From Verrucomicrobiales bacterium (lineage in GTDB: Bacteria; Actinomycetota; Acidimicrobiia; Acidimicrobiales; SHLQ01): a stretch of 64,000 nucleotides of DNA. This document shows positions 10,629 through 19,402 of this stretch, piece by piece. Each line of letters starts with the position of its first letter. Position 1 is the stretch's first letter. The notes beneath the pieces were generated by a model. It was not told where the DNA came from, searched no databases, and was given only the letters and a program-made list of their open reading frames with translations. The translations under genes and the position numbers were made by a program. The stretch spans positions 17,161-81,160 of the forward strand of contig JBLIMK010000003.1 of assembly GCA_047638715.1 (NCBI GenBank), in the 5' to 3' direction.

Positions 10629-13057
10629 CGGTTCACCACCCGCTCCTTCTGCATTCTTCGCACATTGAGAAACATCACCGGCAAGACCGAGATCAAGATG
10701 AACACGGAGATGGCAGATCCGAGGCCAGTGTTGAAGAAGCTGAACGAAACTTCGAACATGTCGTTCGCCAACACGTTCGTCCCGAAGTTTCCGCCCGTAG
10801 TCACCTTCACGATGTCGAACACCTTCGTGACAAGGACGATGAGGGTGGTCGAAACGACACCGATAGTGGGCAGGATCTGGGGCATCGTAACCCGGAAGAA
10901 AGTCTGGGACTCGGTAGCGCCGTCGACCTTGGCTGCCTCTATGAACTCCGTTGGCACCGCCTTAATTGCCGCCGCCAAAATGACCATCGCAAATCCGGTT
11001 TGGATCCAGATCAGGATCACCATCATGTAGACGTTGTTGAACGGACCATCGTTCAAGAAACGAACAATGTCGGGGCCCGCATACTCACCGTTCGAAAGCT
11101 TGAATCCGCCAAGGCTCCTTCGAGCGAGTTCGATGAAGAGGTACCCGAACACGATGATCCCGCCGACCTGAGCCGAGAATGCCTTGCCAGACTTCACCCG
11201 GCGGATCCCCGAGCGCACCAGCAGCCCAAGTACGCCAGCGAGAATTACCAGCGCCAACACCCGCGGCCACCCCGCAAAGCTGAGCCGGCCAAGTTGGACC
11301 CACGTGGCGTTGAGGACGCTGGTCTGGGTTTCGGTTGCGGGAAAGCGTGGCTGGTATTGCAAACGCCACACGATTGAGGCACCAACAAACGAAACCGCCA
11401 TCGGCATGAAGATGAGCGCCTTGGCGACGGTCTCAGTCGATCCTGCACGCTCGGCAAGTACAGCGATCATGAGACCGAGCACGACCGAGAGGGTCGTGAC
11501 CGTAATGACCCACCAGATGTTGTTGAAGAACGTTCCTCGAATCACTGACAGGACCCCGAAGGCAAAGAGGAACAAGCCGAAAATGATTGCGCCGATCGAA
11601 GCGCCCGTCCGTTCGAAGTTGCCGAATGATTCAACTCTTCCCGTGAGGGAGATGCCAGCAATACCCAAGAGAACGATAAGTGCGATGACCGGGATAAACC
11701 ATGGGATCGAGGTGAACTGGGTCAGGCTCGTCGACCTGAGCGTCGACCAAAGGCCAGCGACGAACGTGATCGATGCGACCAAGAGCAAAACGATCGAACC
11801 ACGAGAGCCATCGATCAGGCCGACCCGGTTTCGACGACTGTTCGCAATGAGACCGATGAGCAAACCGGCGCCGATGAGCAACATGCCTAGGAGATACAGG
11901 TCGGAGGTAAAGAGCGACCGCCAGTTAGACAGATCGAAAGAGTCGTCATCGGTCAAGAGTTCGGTGTAGTTGTCGAACCACACCCACTCCTCTGACCGAC
12001 GGTCCTTGAACGACAAGATGATGGTGCGCACTGCGGGAATGACGAGTGCCGCCGACAAAAACAACATCGCGGGACCGAGAAAGATGAAGGCACGCATTCG
12101 GTTATCGAATCGTGCGAGCGTGCCCCCTCGGGGCGCGACGTTGATGCCGAGCCGCATGCCGAGAAGCGAGAGAGGAATAATGGTGGCGATGGCAGCGTCC
12201 CGCTCGGGACCGGAGCCAAGAAGTGTGTGCCAGTTGCCGCCGAGCCACACGGTCGCTATCCAACCAAGAAAGGCACCTACCATCGCTGCCGGCGCGAGTT
12301 CAATGGTTGACGTCTTGCCACGCAGCCGCGAAATACCGGCGGCGATTGCGATACCGATCAAGATGCCGATGAGCGCATTGCCCCAGTGGATTTCTGGACG
12401 GTGCCAGACTTGAAGATTCGAACCGATCATGTAGCCCGAGATCGCGCCCAGTGCAGCGCCGAGGGACACGCGCGCTACCCGATTCGGCAACGACGTCATA
12501 ACAAAGACGCCGACCCCCCACACAAGAAGGCCAAAGATTGGCCACTCAAGGCGGCCGGCCGTTCCGCTTCCCGCACCTCGGAGGATGGGGTCCTCGGGCC
12601 GCACGAGGGATGTGACAACAAGGTTTCCGCGCAGCATGGAGAAGGAGATGACAGCGACGACGCCGCACACCAGGCCCATGAATCGCGACCAGCCGAACCT
12701 GGCTTGATCAGCGATCAGATTCATCAGCACCCAGGTGCCGCCGATCAAACCGATTGCGCAAATGACCACAAACATCGTCGACGCGACCCGGTCGTAAGAC
12801 AGAGGGTCGACGATGATCGAGACTCCGACACCGGCCAAGAGGGCGAGGAGTAAAACTCCACGAATGATTGGCCACATCGTCGAGCGCGGGTCGATCGTCG
12901 CAGCGATGTAGCCGACGATTGCGCCGAAGACGAGGCCGAAGGATGCCCATTGGGCCCAATCCAAGCGCATCATCCCTGGCTCACCGGAGCGCACCAAAAT
13001 AAATAGCGCTACCCCGACCAAAGCAACAATGGCGGGCAGACGTTGCCTCGTACTCAC
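10625..13057 (-). CDS. Carbohydrate ABC permease (AglF/MalF-like) with large extra membrane segments
   Basis: KALIFMPMAVSFVGASIVW, WIQTGFAMV, IEAAKVDGA; 810 aa and highly hydrophobic. Confidence 0.9.
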   Translation of the reverse strand: MSTRQRLPAIVALVGVALFILVRSGEPGMMRLDWAQWASFGLVFGAIVGYIAATIDPRSTMWPIIRGVLLLALLAGVGVSIIVDPLSYDRVASTMFVVICAIGLIGGTWVLMNLIADQARFGWSRFMGLVCGVVAVISFSMLRGNLVVTSLVRPEDPILRGAGSGTAGRLEWPIFGLLVWGVGVFVMTSLPNRVARVSLGAALGAISGYMIGSNLQVWHRPEIHWGNALIGILIGIAIAAGISRLRGKTSTIELAPAAMVGAFLGWIATVWLGGNWHTLLGSGPERDAAIATIIPLSLLGMRLGINVAPRGGTLARFDNRMRAFIFLGPAMLFLSAALVIPAVRTIILSFKDRRSEEWVWFDNYTELLTDDDSFDLSNWRSLFTSDLYLLGMLLIGAGLLIGLIANSRRNRVGLIDGSRGSIVLLLVASITFVAGLWSTLRSTSLTQFTSIPWFIPVIALIVLLGIAGISLTGRVESFGNFERTGASIGAIIFGLFLFAFGVLSVIRGTFFNNIWWVITVTTLSVVLGLMIAVLAERAGSTETVAKALIFMPMAVSFVGASIVWRLQYQPRFPATETQTSVLNATWVQLGRLSFAGWPRVLALVILAGVLGLLVRSGIRRVKSGKAFSAQVGGIIVFGYLFIELARRSLGGFKLSNGEYAGPDIVRFLNDGPFNNVYMMVILIWIQTGFAMVILAAAIKAVPTEFIEAAKVDGATESQTFFRVTMPQILPTIGVVSTTLIVLVTKVFDIVKVTTGGNFGTNVLANDMFEVSFSFFNTGLGSAISVFILISVLPVMFLNVRRMQKERVVNR

Positions 13058-13088
13058 ATTTCCCCCTGTATGTACGTGTTAGCCAGAC

Positions 13089-13118
13089 GGGGGTGAATGT
13101 GATCCCACATTCACCCCC
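13089..13118. terminator. Perfect 13-bp hairpin between the binding-protein and permease genes (mRNA stabiliser/attenuator)
   Basis: GGGGGTGAATGTG-ATCC-CACATTCACCCCC. Confidence 0.8.
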
Positions 13119-13168
13119 GGTCCGGAACTGCTTTGCCGTCCGCGAAGGGCGAGCAATTGGCTACAGAA

Positions 13169-14638
13169 CTACTCTGTTGGCCAAGCTTCGTCGATCTTTG
13201 CTGCACCACCGGCAACATCGATCTCGCCGTTGACCATTGCGGTCGCTTGCGTCCAGAACTCGCCTGCGCCAACGTCAGCTGGCATGAGGTCGGAACCATC
13301 GAAGCGGAAGACTGGAGCTTCCTGAAGGATGGTCACGAAGCCCTGTCCAAGTGGCTCCCAGAGGGACTTGTCAGCGTTCAGGTTTGCGGTGTTGAAGCCG
13401 GAGAGCACGCCGTCGCCGCCCTTTGCTGCCTTCTGCGCTGCCTGACGGCGGTTCGCGTACTCGCCTGAACCCATGTAGTCCATGACGGCCCACGTGGCGT
13501 CGTTCGTGTTGAACGCACCGGTCAGGTTTCCTCCACCCATGACTGGCTTGTCGTCAGCGGTGAGTGAAGGGAAGTAGAAGACGTCGACGTCGACCGAAGA
13601 TCCCTCCGGGAGGAAGCTTGCGAAGAACGATGCCTGGCGAACCATGGCGCAGTTGTCGGCGATGAGGTCCTCAGCTGGCTTCGATGCGAAGTGCGTCGAA
13701 GCAATCGACTCAATTCCACCGAACACGGCACCATCGGTGCTCCAGAGATCGATGATCTCCTGCATGACCTGGGTGACCTCATCGGAGGAGAACTTGAGCT
13801 CGTTGCTAACCCACTGATCGTAGGCATCGCCACCGTGGAAGCGAAGCATGAGGTCTTCGGTCCAGTCGGTGAAGACCCAGCCGGTTGCCTGACCTGATTC
13901 GATACCGACACACCATGGGGTCACGCCGTCATCGATCATTGTGTTGGTGAGCGCCTTGAGGTCATCCCACGTGGTGGGGATTTCGTAGCCGTTGGCCTCG
14001 AACACTGCTGGCTTGTGCCAAACGATCGACTTGAGGTCGTTCTTGACCGGAACGCCGTAGAACTCGCCGTCGACGAGCCCGAAGCCCATCTGGGCTTCCT
14101 GCCAGTTCGCCGACACGGAGTCGAACACATCGCCGGGCAGTGCGTTGACGAAGCCCTCACGAGCGAAGTCAGCGAGCTTGCCTGGCTGTGGGAAGATCGA
14201 AATGTCGGGTGGGTTGCCCGCTGCGATCTGCACGTTGATCTCGGCTTCCCAATCGGCCGAACCGGTGTAGATCACCGAAAGACCTGTCTCTTCCTCGAAC
14301 GGCTCCATGGCCGTTTCGATGGCGTTCCACTCTTCTGCGGAGCGCTCTGGGCCTGTGATCTGAACCACCTGGCCTTCGAACTCTCGAACAACAGGTGCTT
14401 CTACACCAGTCGTGGCGGCTTCGAGGTCGGCCTGGGCTGCCTCGAGGTCTGCCTTGGCCTGGTCTGCGTCAGCCTGGGCTGCGGTTGCGGCATCTTGTGC
14501 TTGTTCAAGGCTTGCTGCGGCTGCACCGTCATCGGTGACTGCAGCGACAGCACCCGATGGTGCATCGGAGCCACACGCGGCGGCAACGAGCGATACGGCG
14601 AACAGTGCTGCGAGCAGCTTCATCCACTTACTTATCAT
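13169..14638 (-). CDS. Sugar ABC transporter solute-binding lipoprotein (AglE/GgtB-like)
   Basis: Lipobox LVAAAC, PPDISIFPQPG, WCVGIESGQATGWVFTDW, FRFDGSDLMP; Ala-rich coiled-coil spacer after the lipobox. Confidence 0.92.
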   Translation of the reverse strand: MISKWMKLLAALFAVSLVAAACGSDAPSGAVAAVTDDGAAAASLEQAQDAATAAQADADQAKADLEAAQADLEAATTGVEAPVVREFEGQVVQITGPERSAEEWNAIETAMEPFEEETGLSVIYTGSADWEAEINVQIAAGNPPDISIFPQPGKLADFAREGFVNALPGDVFDSVSANWQEAQMGFGLVDGEFYGVPVKNDLKSIVWHKPAVFEANGYEIPTTWDDLKALTNTMIDDGVTPWCVGIESGQATGWVFTDWTEDLMLRFHGGDAYDQWVSNELKFSSDEVTQVMQEIIDLWSTDGAVFGGIESIASTHFASKPAEDLIADNCAMVRQASFFASFLPEGSSVDVDVFYFPSLTADDKPVMGGGNLTGAFNTNDATWAVMDYMGSGEYANRRQAAQKAAKGGDGVLSGFNTANLNADKSLWEPLGQGFVTILQEAPVFRFDGSDLMPADVGAGEFWTQATAMVNGEIDVAGGAAKIDEAWPTE

Positions 14639-14700
14639 TACAGGGGTCCCCTCCTGATTTGGGATTCCCGACCACTCGGCCGAAAACTCTAAACGTCTTC

Positions 14701-14727
14701 TGCAAACGTTTACAGAAAACGTTTACA
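14701..14727. promoter_or_regulatory. Tandem LacI-family operators upstream of the ABC operon
   Basis: TGCAAACGTTTACA immediately followed by GAAAACGTTTACA. Confidence 0.75.
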
Positions 14728-14801
14728 GCGGGAAGCTAGCGGACCTTGGTTGCGTTGTCACGCCGCGCCGGAAGACTAGATAGCAACTCCATGAGTCATC
14801 A

Positions 14802-15872
14802 TCATTTGCGATAGACGTGATCGCCATTCCCGATGGTGGATTGACGAACGACCAGCTCTAGCCATTCCAGGCTGGCCTCGGTCGCCTTGCCTTCACTATT
14901 CGGCTTCGGTACATCGAGGAGCGCAACATCGTTGATTACCGACAGCAGACGTTCCGCTGCCGCCGCACCCAGTCGCCGTGGCGCAAGTCGAACGGTACTG
15001 AGCCCAACGAGCGGTGCAAGTTCGTGATCATCGATACCGATGATCGCCATGTCGTCGGGCCACGAGAGGCCACGTTCCTTCAAGACACTCCAGGCGCCGA
15101 ACGCCATTTCGTCCGAAAGGACGAATAGCGCGGTCGGTGGATTCTCCATATCGAGAATCCGCTCCATCGCTAGTCGACCACCATCGGCGGTGAAACGCCC
15201 CGATTGTTCAAGCGAAGGATCGACGGCGATACCCGATTCGGCCAGCGCGCCCGTATATCCAGCAAGACGAAGTCCCGGAACAGAGAATACGAGCGGATGG
15301 TTCGGCTCTCCCGAGATCACACCGATGCGCGTGTGCCCGAGGCTTAGAAGATGCTCGGTCGCTAAGTACCCAACTTGGTAGTCATCAATGAGTACCGCCG
15401 GGAACAACCGTGTGGCGAAACCTGCGGTGACGGTCGGGACCCCCGCCTCCCAAAGATCTGTTGCCGCGGCTTCGGAAATATTCAGATCCACGAGGATCGC
15501 TCCGTCGACGCGCTTGTCGAGTTGCGCCACGTCCGACAGGAATTGTTCACGCGCCTTCGGATCCTCGACCGGATGGGTGATCGTCTCGTAGCCATTCAAC
15601 AAAAGGTGATCGATCGCACCGGCGATGAACCGGGAGAAGTACCAGCCGTCGACCGTCGGGGTCGAGATTTGAACGAGATTCGTCCGCCCCGTTGCCAACC
15701 GGGCCGCACTCGGGTCGGCTCGATAGTTCATCTCGTCCGCGACCTTTTCGACGCGAGCCTTGGTCGACGCGGCCACGTTAGGTAGACCTCGCAGCGCGCG
15801 GGACACGGTTGCGACGGACACGCCTGCTTGTCGGGCAACGTCCTCAATCGAGGGGCCGCGCTTACGATTCAC
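14802..15872 (-). CDS. LacI-family transcriptional regulator
   Basis: SIEDVARQAGVSVATVSRAL HTH, LGHTRIG, IIGIDD; start set at GTG 15872. Confidence 0.93.
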   Translation of the reverse strand: MNRKRGPSIEDVARQAGVSVATVSRALRGLPNVAASTKARVEKVADEMNYRADPSAARLATGRTNLVQISTPTVDGWYFSRFIAGAIDHLLLNGYETITHPVEDPKAREQFLSDVAQLDKRVDGAILVDLNISEAAATDLWEAGVPTVTAGFATRLFPAVLIDDYQVGYLATEHLLSLGHTRIGVISGEPNHPLVFSVPGLRLAGYTGALAESGIAVDPSLEQSGRFTADGGRLAMERILDMENPPTALFVLSDEMAFGAWSVLKERGLSWPDDMAIIGIDDHELAPLVGLSTVRLAPRRLGAAAAERLLSVINDVALLDVPKPNSEGKATEASLEWLELVVRQSTIGNGDHVYRK

Positions 15873-15921
15873 TTCGTTGGCCGCCGAATTTTCGAGGATG
15901 ATCGGCAAACACCGAGCCGAA

Positions 15922-15935
15922 TGTAATCGCTTGCA
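15922..15935. promoter_or_regulatory. LacI-family operator upstream of lacI (autoregulation and/or fda)
   Basis: TGTAATCGCTTGCA (reverse complement TGCAAGCGATTACA). Confidence 0.65.
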
Positions 15936-16166
15936 CAAGATCTGCAAATCGATACATTCCTGGGACAGATCCACTATCTCTCCAGCCGATGGCGCAGTGC
16001 GCGAAGATACGACTCGGTGATATCGCGTGGGTTCGTCACAAACGGCCCACCCAATGAGCGCGAGATCTAGTCTGATGGTCTCACGACGTACCTTCGAAAG
16101 CGCTCTACGCTGTGCCGAGGCACGTCGGCGACATACGACAAGCCACACGGAATAACAGAGAGTTTC

Positions 16167-17054
16167 ATGAACGAACAGCAACTCGAAAAGATGACCACCG
16201 CTGCAGGCTTCATCGCCGCACTCGACCAGAGCGGTGGCTCCACGCCCAAGGCGCTACTCGCCTACGGCGTAAGCGAAGGCGAATACTCCGGCGACGAAGA
16301 GATGTACGCCAAGGTTCACGAGATGCGAAGCCGCATCATGACGAACTCCGCCTTCACCGGTGATCGTGTCATCGGCGCGATCTTGTTCGAGAACACCATG
16401 GGCCGCCAGGTCGAAGGACAAGACACCGGCGACTACCTGTGGAACGAGAAGGGTGTCGTGCCGTTCATCAAGGTCGACAAAGGCCTCGCAGATGAAGAGA
16501 ACGGCGCACAGGTCATGAAGTCGATTCCCGGCCTCGACGACCTACTCGTCCGATCGGTCGACAAGGGCATGTTCGGCACGAAGATGCGCTCGGTCATCAA
16601 GATGGCCAACCCGGCCGGTGTCGACGCAGTCGTCGCCCAGCAATTCGAAGTCGGCCACCAGATCATCGCCGCTGGCCTCGTACCGATCATCGAACCCGAG
16701 GTCGACATCAACTCGCCAGAGAAGGCCGAGGCCGAAGCCATGCTTCGCTCATCGCTTCTCGAACACGTCAACCAACTCGCAGCCGATCAGCACGTCATGT
16801 TGAAGCTGACCTTGCCCGAGGCCGACAACTTCTACGCCGAGCTCATCACACATCCCCAGGTCGTTCGCGTCGTAGCCCTTTCGGGTGGCTACAGCCGCGA
16901 CGAGGCCAACGCTCGCCTCGGCCGAAACAACGACATGATCGCCAGCTTCTCCCGAGCACTGAGCGAAGGATTGTCCGCGCAGCAATCAAACGACGACTTC
17001 ACCAAAACGATGGACACAACCATCCAAAGCATTCGCGACGCCTCAGCGACCTAG
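16167..17054 (+). CDS. fda: Fructose-bisphosphate aldolase class I
   Basis: GFIAALDQSGGSTPKAL, GTKMRS, PIIEPEV, VMLKLTLP, VALSGGY. Confidence 0.95.
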   Translation: MNEQQLEKMTTAAGFIAALDQSGGSTPKALLAYGVSEGEYSGDEEMYAKVHEMRSRIMTNSAFTGDRVIGAILFENTMGRQVEGQDTGDYLWNEKGVVPFIKVDKGLADEENGAQVMKSIPGLDDLLVRSVDKGMFGTKMRSVIKMANPAGVDAVVAQQFEVGHQIIAAGLVPIIEPEVDINSPEKAEAEAMLRSSLLEHVNQLAADQHVMLKLTLPEADNFYAELITHPQVVRVVALSGGYSRDEANARLGRNNDMIASFSRALSEGLSAQQSNDDFTKTMDTTIQSIRDASAT

Positions 17055-17124
17055 TCCGCTCGACCCGTTGGGTCGAGATCCCCAAACAAGTCACCGGCGA
17101 AACACATTCCGAGGGCAAATCACC

Positions 17125-17171
17125 GAACAGCGTCGTCCGAGAGTTCTCTCGGGCGGCGCTGTTCTGTTTTT
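17125..17171 (+). terminator. Intrinsic terminator between convergent fda and AIM24 genes
   Basis: GAACAGCGTCGTCCGAGA...TCTCGGGCGGCGCTGTTC hairpin followed by TGTTTTT. Confidence 0.8.
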
Positions 17172-17203
17172 ATTCACGACCCCACTTCGGACCGCCGCAA
17201 AAA

Positions 17204-17929
17204 CTACTTGCCGAGGACCTGGCCGAGAAGACCACCACCGCCGCCACCGCTTTCGTTGTTGTCAACCCGTGGACCCTCCGATGGTTGGACGAGAACGAAC
17301 CCCTCCCCACCGAAGGCCATCTGGAATGTCTCGCCACTCCCGCCGCGGACCATCGACTTGAGACCGCCGGTATCGGTCTTGAGTTGCATCTGAACACCGC
17401 CAGACCACATGACCACAGCCTGGGCATCGGCGAAGGTGGGTGCGCTGGCGACATCGAGCATCACCGGAGGTCCGTCGCTCGTAACAGCGACAAATCCGGT
17501 GCCCGACAACTGCATGTTGTAGAGGCCTCCGGCCATGGCGCCGGCAGCGCCGCCGCTCAACCGCTTGATCTCCCAGTCGATCGACTCGTTGAACGCCAGG
17601 ACGTTGGCCCCGTTAACCGACATGCTGTCGTTCTCGAGATACATGATGTGAACATCTTTGGCGTCGTCGGCGACGAAGAGCTCACCCGTGCCATTCGCAT
17701 GCATCATGCTCGCGCCTTCACCGGTGGCGGCCTTCTTCAACATCTTGCCGAGTCCACCCGACCCCTTGTTCTCGAACTTCACATCACCCTGGTAGGCGAC
17801 CATCGATCCTCGTTTGGCGTGCACCCCGCCGGCCGCGAGTTCGATCTTGAGCAGCTTGCTATTTTGTCGAGTGAACTGCTCCCCTGTTTCGGTCTCGGCG
17901 TATTGATCGAGGTTGGATCGAATCGACAT
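17204..17929 (-). CDS. AIM24 family protein
   Basis: GSMVAYQGDVKF, TGEG..M..NGTGELFVAD, GGSGETFQMAFGGEGFVLVQPSE; ATG 17929 with RBS. Confidence 0.88.
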   Translation of the reverse strand: MSIRSNLDQYAETETGEQFTRQNSKLLKIELAAGGVHAKRGSMVAYQGDVKFENKGSGGLGKMLKKAATGEGASMMHANGTGELFVADDAKDVHIMYLENDSMSVNGANVLAFNESIDWEIKRLSGGAAGAMAGGLYNMQLSGTGFVAVTSDGPPVMLDVASAPTFADAQAVVMWSGGVQMQLKTDTGGLKSMVRGGSGETFQMAFGGEGFVLVQPSEGPRVDNNESGGGGGGLLGQVLGK

Positions 17930-18018
17930 GTTGGAGGTGCTCCGCTCTTCTACGTAGTTGTAGTGACCATCTTTGTCGATCCGTTGACCTCGGTGCTTGA
18001 GTGCGGGAGGTTCGGGTA

Positions 18019-19104
18019 TCAGCGAGCGGCGAAGAACGCCTCGAGCCAACGATCGTTCTGTTCGGGCGAACCAATCGTGACGCGCAATCCAAATCCCGCG
18101 AACGGCCTGGTGACCAGACCCTGCTTCTCCATGGCGATGGCGATTTCTTCGGTCGCAGCGCCGGTCGGGATGAACACGAAGTTGCCGTGGGCCGGCGGCG
18201 TCTCGACACCAGCGTTGGCCAAAGCCTCAATACATCGGTCACGTTCCGTGACGAGCGAAGTCACGTTCTTGAGCGCGGCGGCCTCATGTTCGATAGCGGC
18301 AAGCATTCCTGCTTGCGCCAGATTGTTTACCGAGAAGGCCAGCCGGACTTTGTCGAGTTGCTCGATGATCGACGGATCGGCGACGCCGTACCCGGAGCGC
18401 AGACCAGCCAACCCAAATGCCTTTGAGAACGTGCGGGTCACCACAAGGTTGGGATGTGTTGGTTGTAAGTCGACTATGGGATCACCGAACGATGCGTCGG
18501 AGAACTCTCGATACGCCTCGTCGATGACGACGATCACATCGTCGGGGATCCGGTGCAGCAGCGTATTGACCTCGTCCATCGAGATGGCCGAGCCCGTGGG
18601 ATTGTTGGGCGTCGCGAGGAAGATGACCTTGGTTCGATCGGTCACGGCCTCAGCGACCGCATCGAGGTCGAAAGCGAAGTTGGAATCGAGCGCTACCCGC
18701 ACGTCGACGGCATCGCACAGCGTGCTGAAAACCGGATAGATCTCGAACGAAGGCCAAGGAAAGATTACCTCGTCGCCCGGATCGACGAACGTCATGAACA
18801 GCTGTTGTAACAATCCGCTCGAGCCGCATCCCACGGTTATGCGTGAAACGTCGACCCCGAGCCACTCACCTATGGCGACGCGAACTTCGCTTGCGTTGTT
18901 GTCCGCATAGCGGTTCACCCCTGACGCGGCCTCGACGATGGCGTCGATAACAGCGGGTGCGGGCGACCATGGATTCTCATTCGATGCAAGTTTGATGGCG
19001 TCCTCGATGCCGTGTTCGTCCTCGATCTGGCTCGCTGCCTTTCCAGGTCGATAACTAGCCAGGTTCAGTACTGCGGGTCGCACTCGTCCGATCATCACTG
19101 CCAT
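18019..19104 (-). CDS. hisC: Histidinol-phosphate aminotransferase
   Basis: KLASNENP, PNNPTG, IDEAY, TRTFSKAFGLAGLRSGYG, LRVTIG. Confidence 0.88.
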   Translation of the reverse strand: MAVMIGRVRPAVLNLASYRPGKAASQIEDEHGIEDAIKLASNENPWSPAPAVIDAIVEAASGVNRYADNNASEVRVAIGEWLGVDVSRITVGCGSSGLLQQLFMTFVDPGDEVIFPWPSFEIYPVFSTLCDAVDVRVALDSNFAFDLDAVAEAVTDRTKVIFLATPNNPTGSAISMDEVNTLLHRIPDDVIVVIDEAYREFSDASFGDPIVDLQPTHPNLVVTRTFSKAFGLAGLRSGYGVADPSIIEQLDKVRLAFSVNNLAQAGMLAAIEHEAAALKNVTSLVTERDRCIEALANAGVETPPAHGNFVFIPTGAATEEIAIAMEKQGLVTRPFAGFGLRVTIGSPEQNDRWLEAFFAAR

Positions 19105-19402
19105 CCTCTCGAGATGTCCCCACGCTCGCACAGCGGTTCGTGCGACAACCACCTCAGGCTCAAGATCGCCCTGGTTGCACCGATTGGACTGCACAGCGCT
19201 AGTGTTGTTTACACAGCGAGTTCGGGCATGCCACCCGCAGTAGCTGTAGGCGCAACCTTCCGGGTTGCAGCCGAACGCACACCTTGCGTTTCGACCTTCG
19301 ATTCGCAGTGGTGCAATCAACCGAGATGAGGATCACCTCGTCTCCCTAGTGTCGCCAGATCCCAAGCGGACCAATCCGGTGCCACATCTGTAGGAGAACT
19401 TC

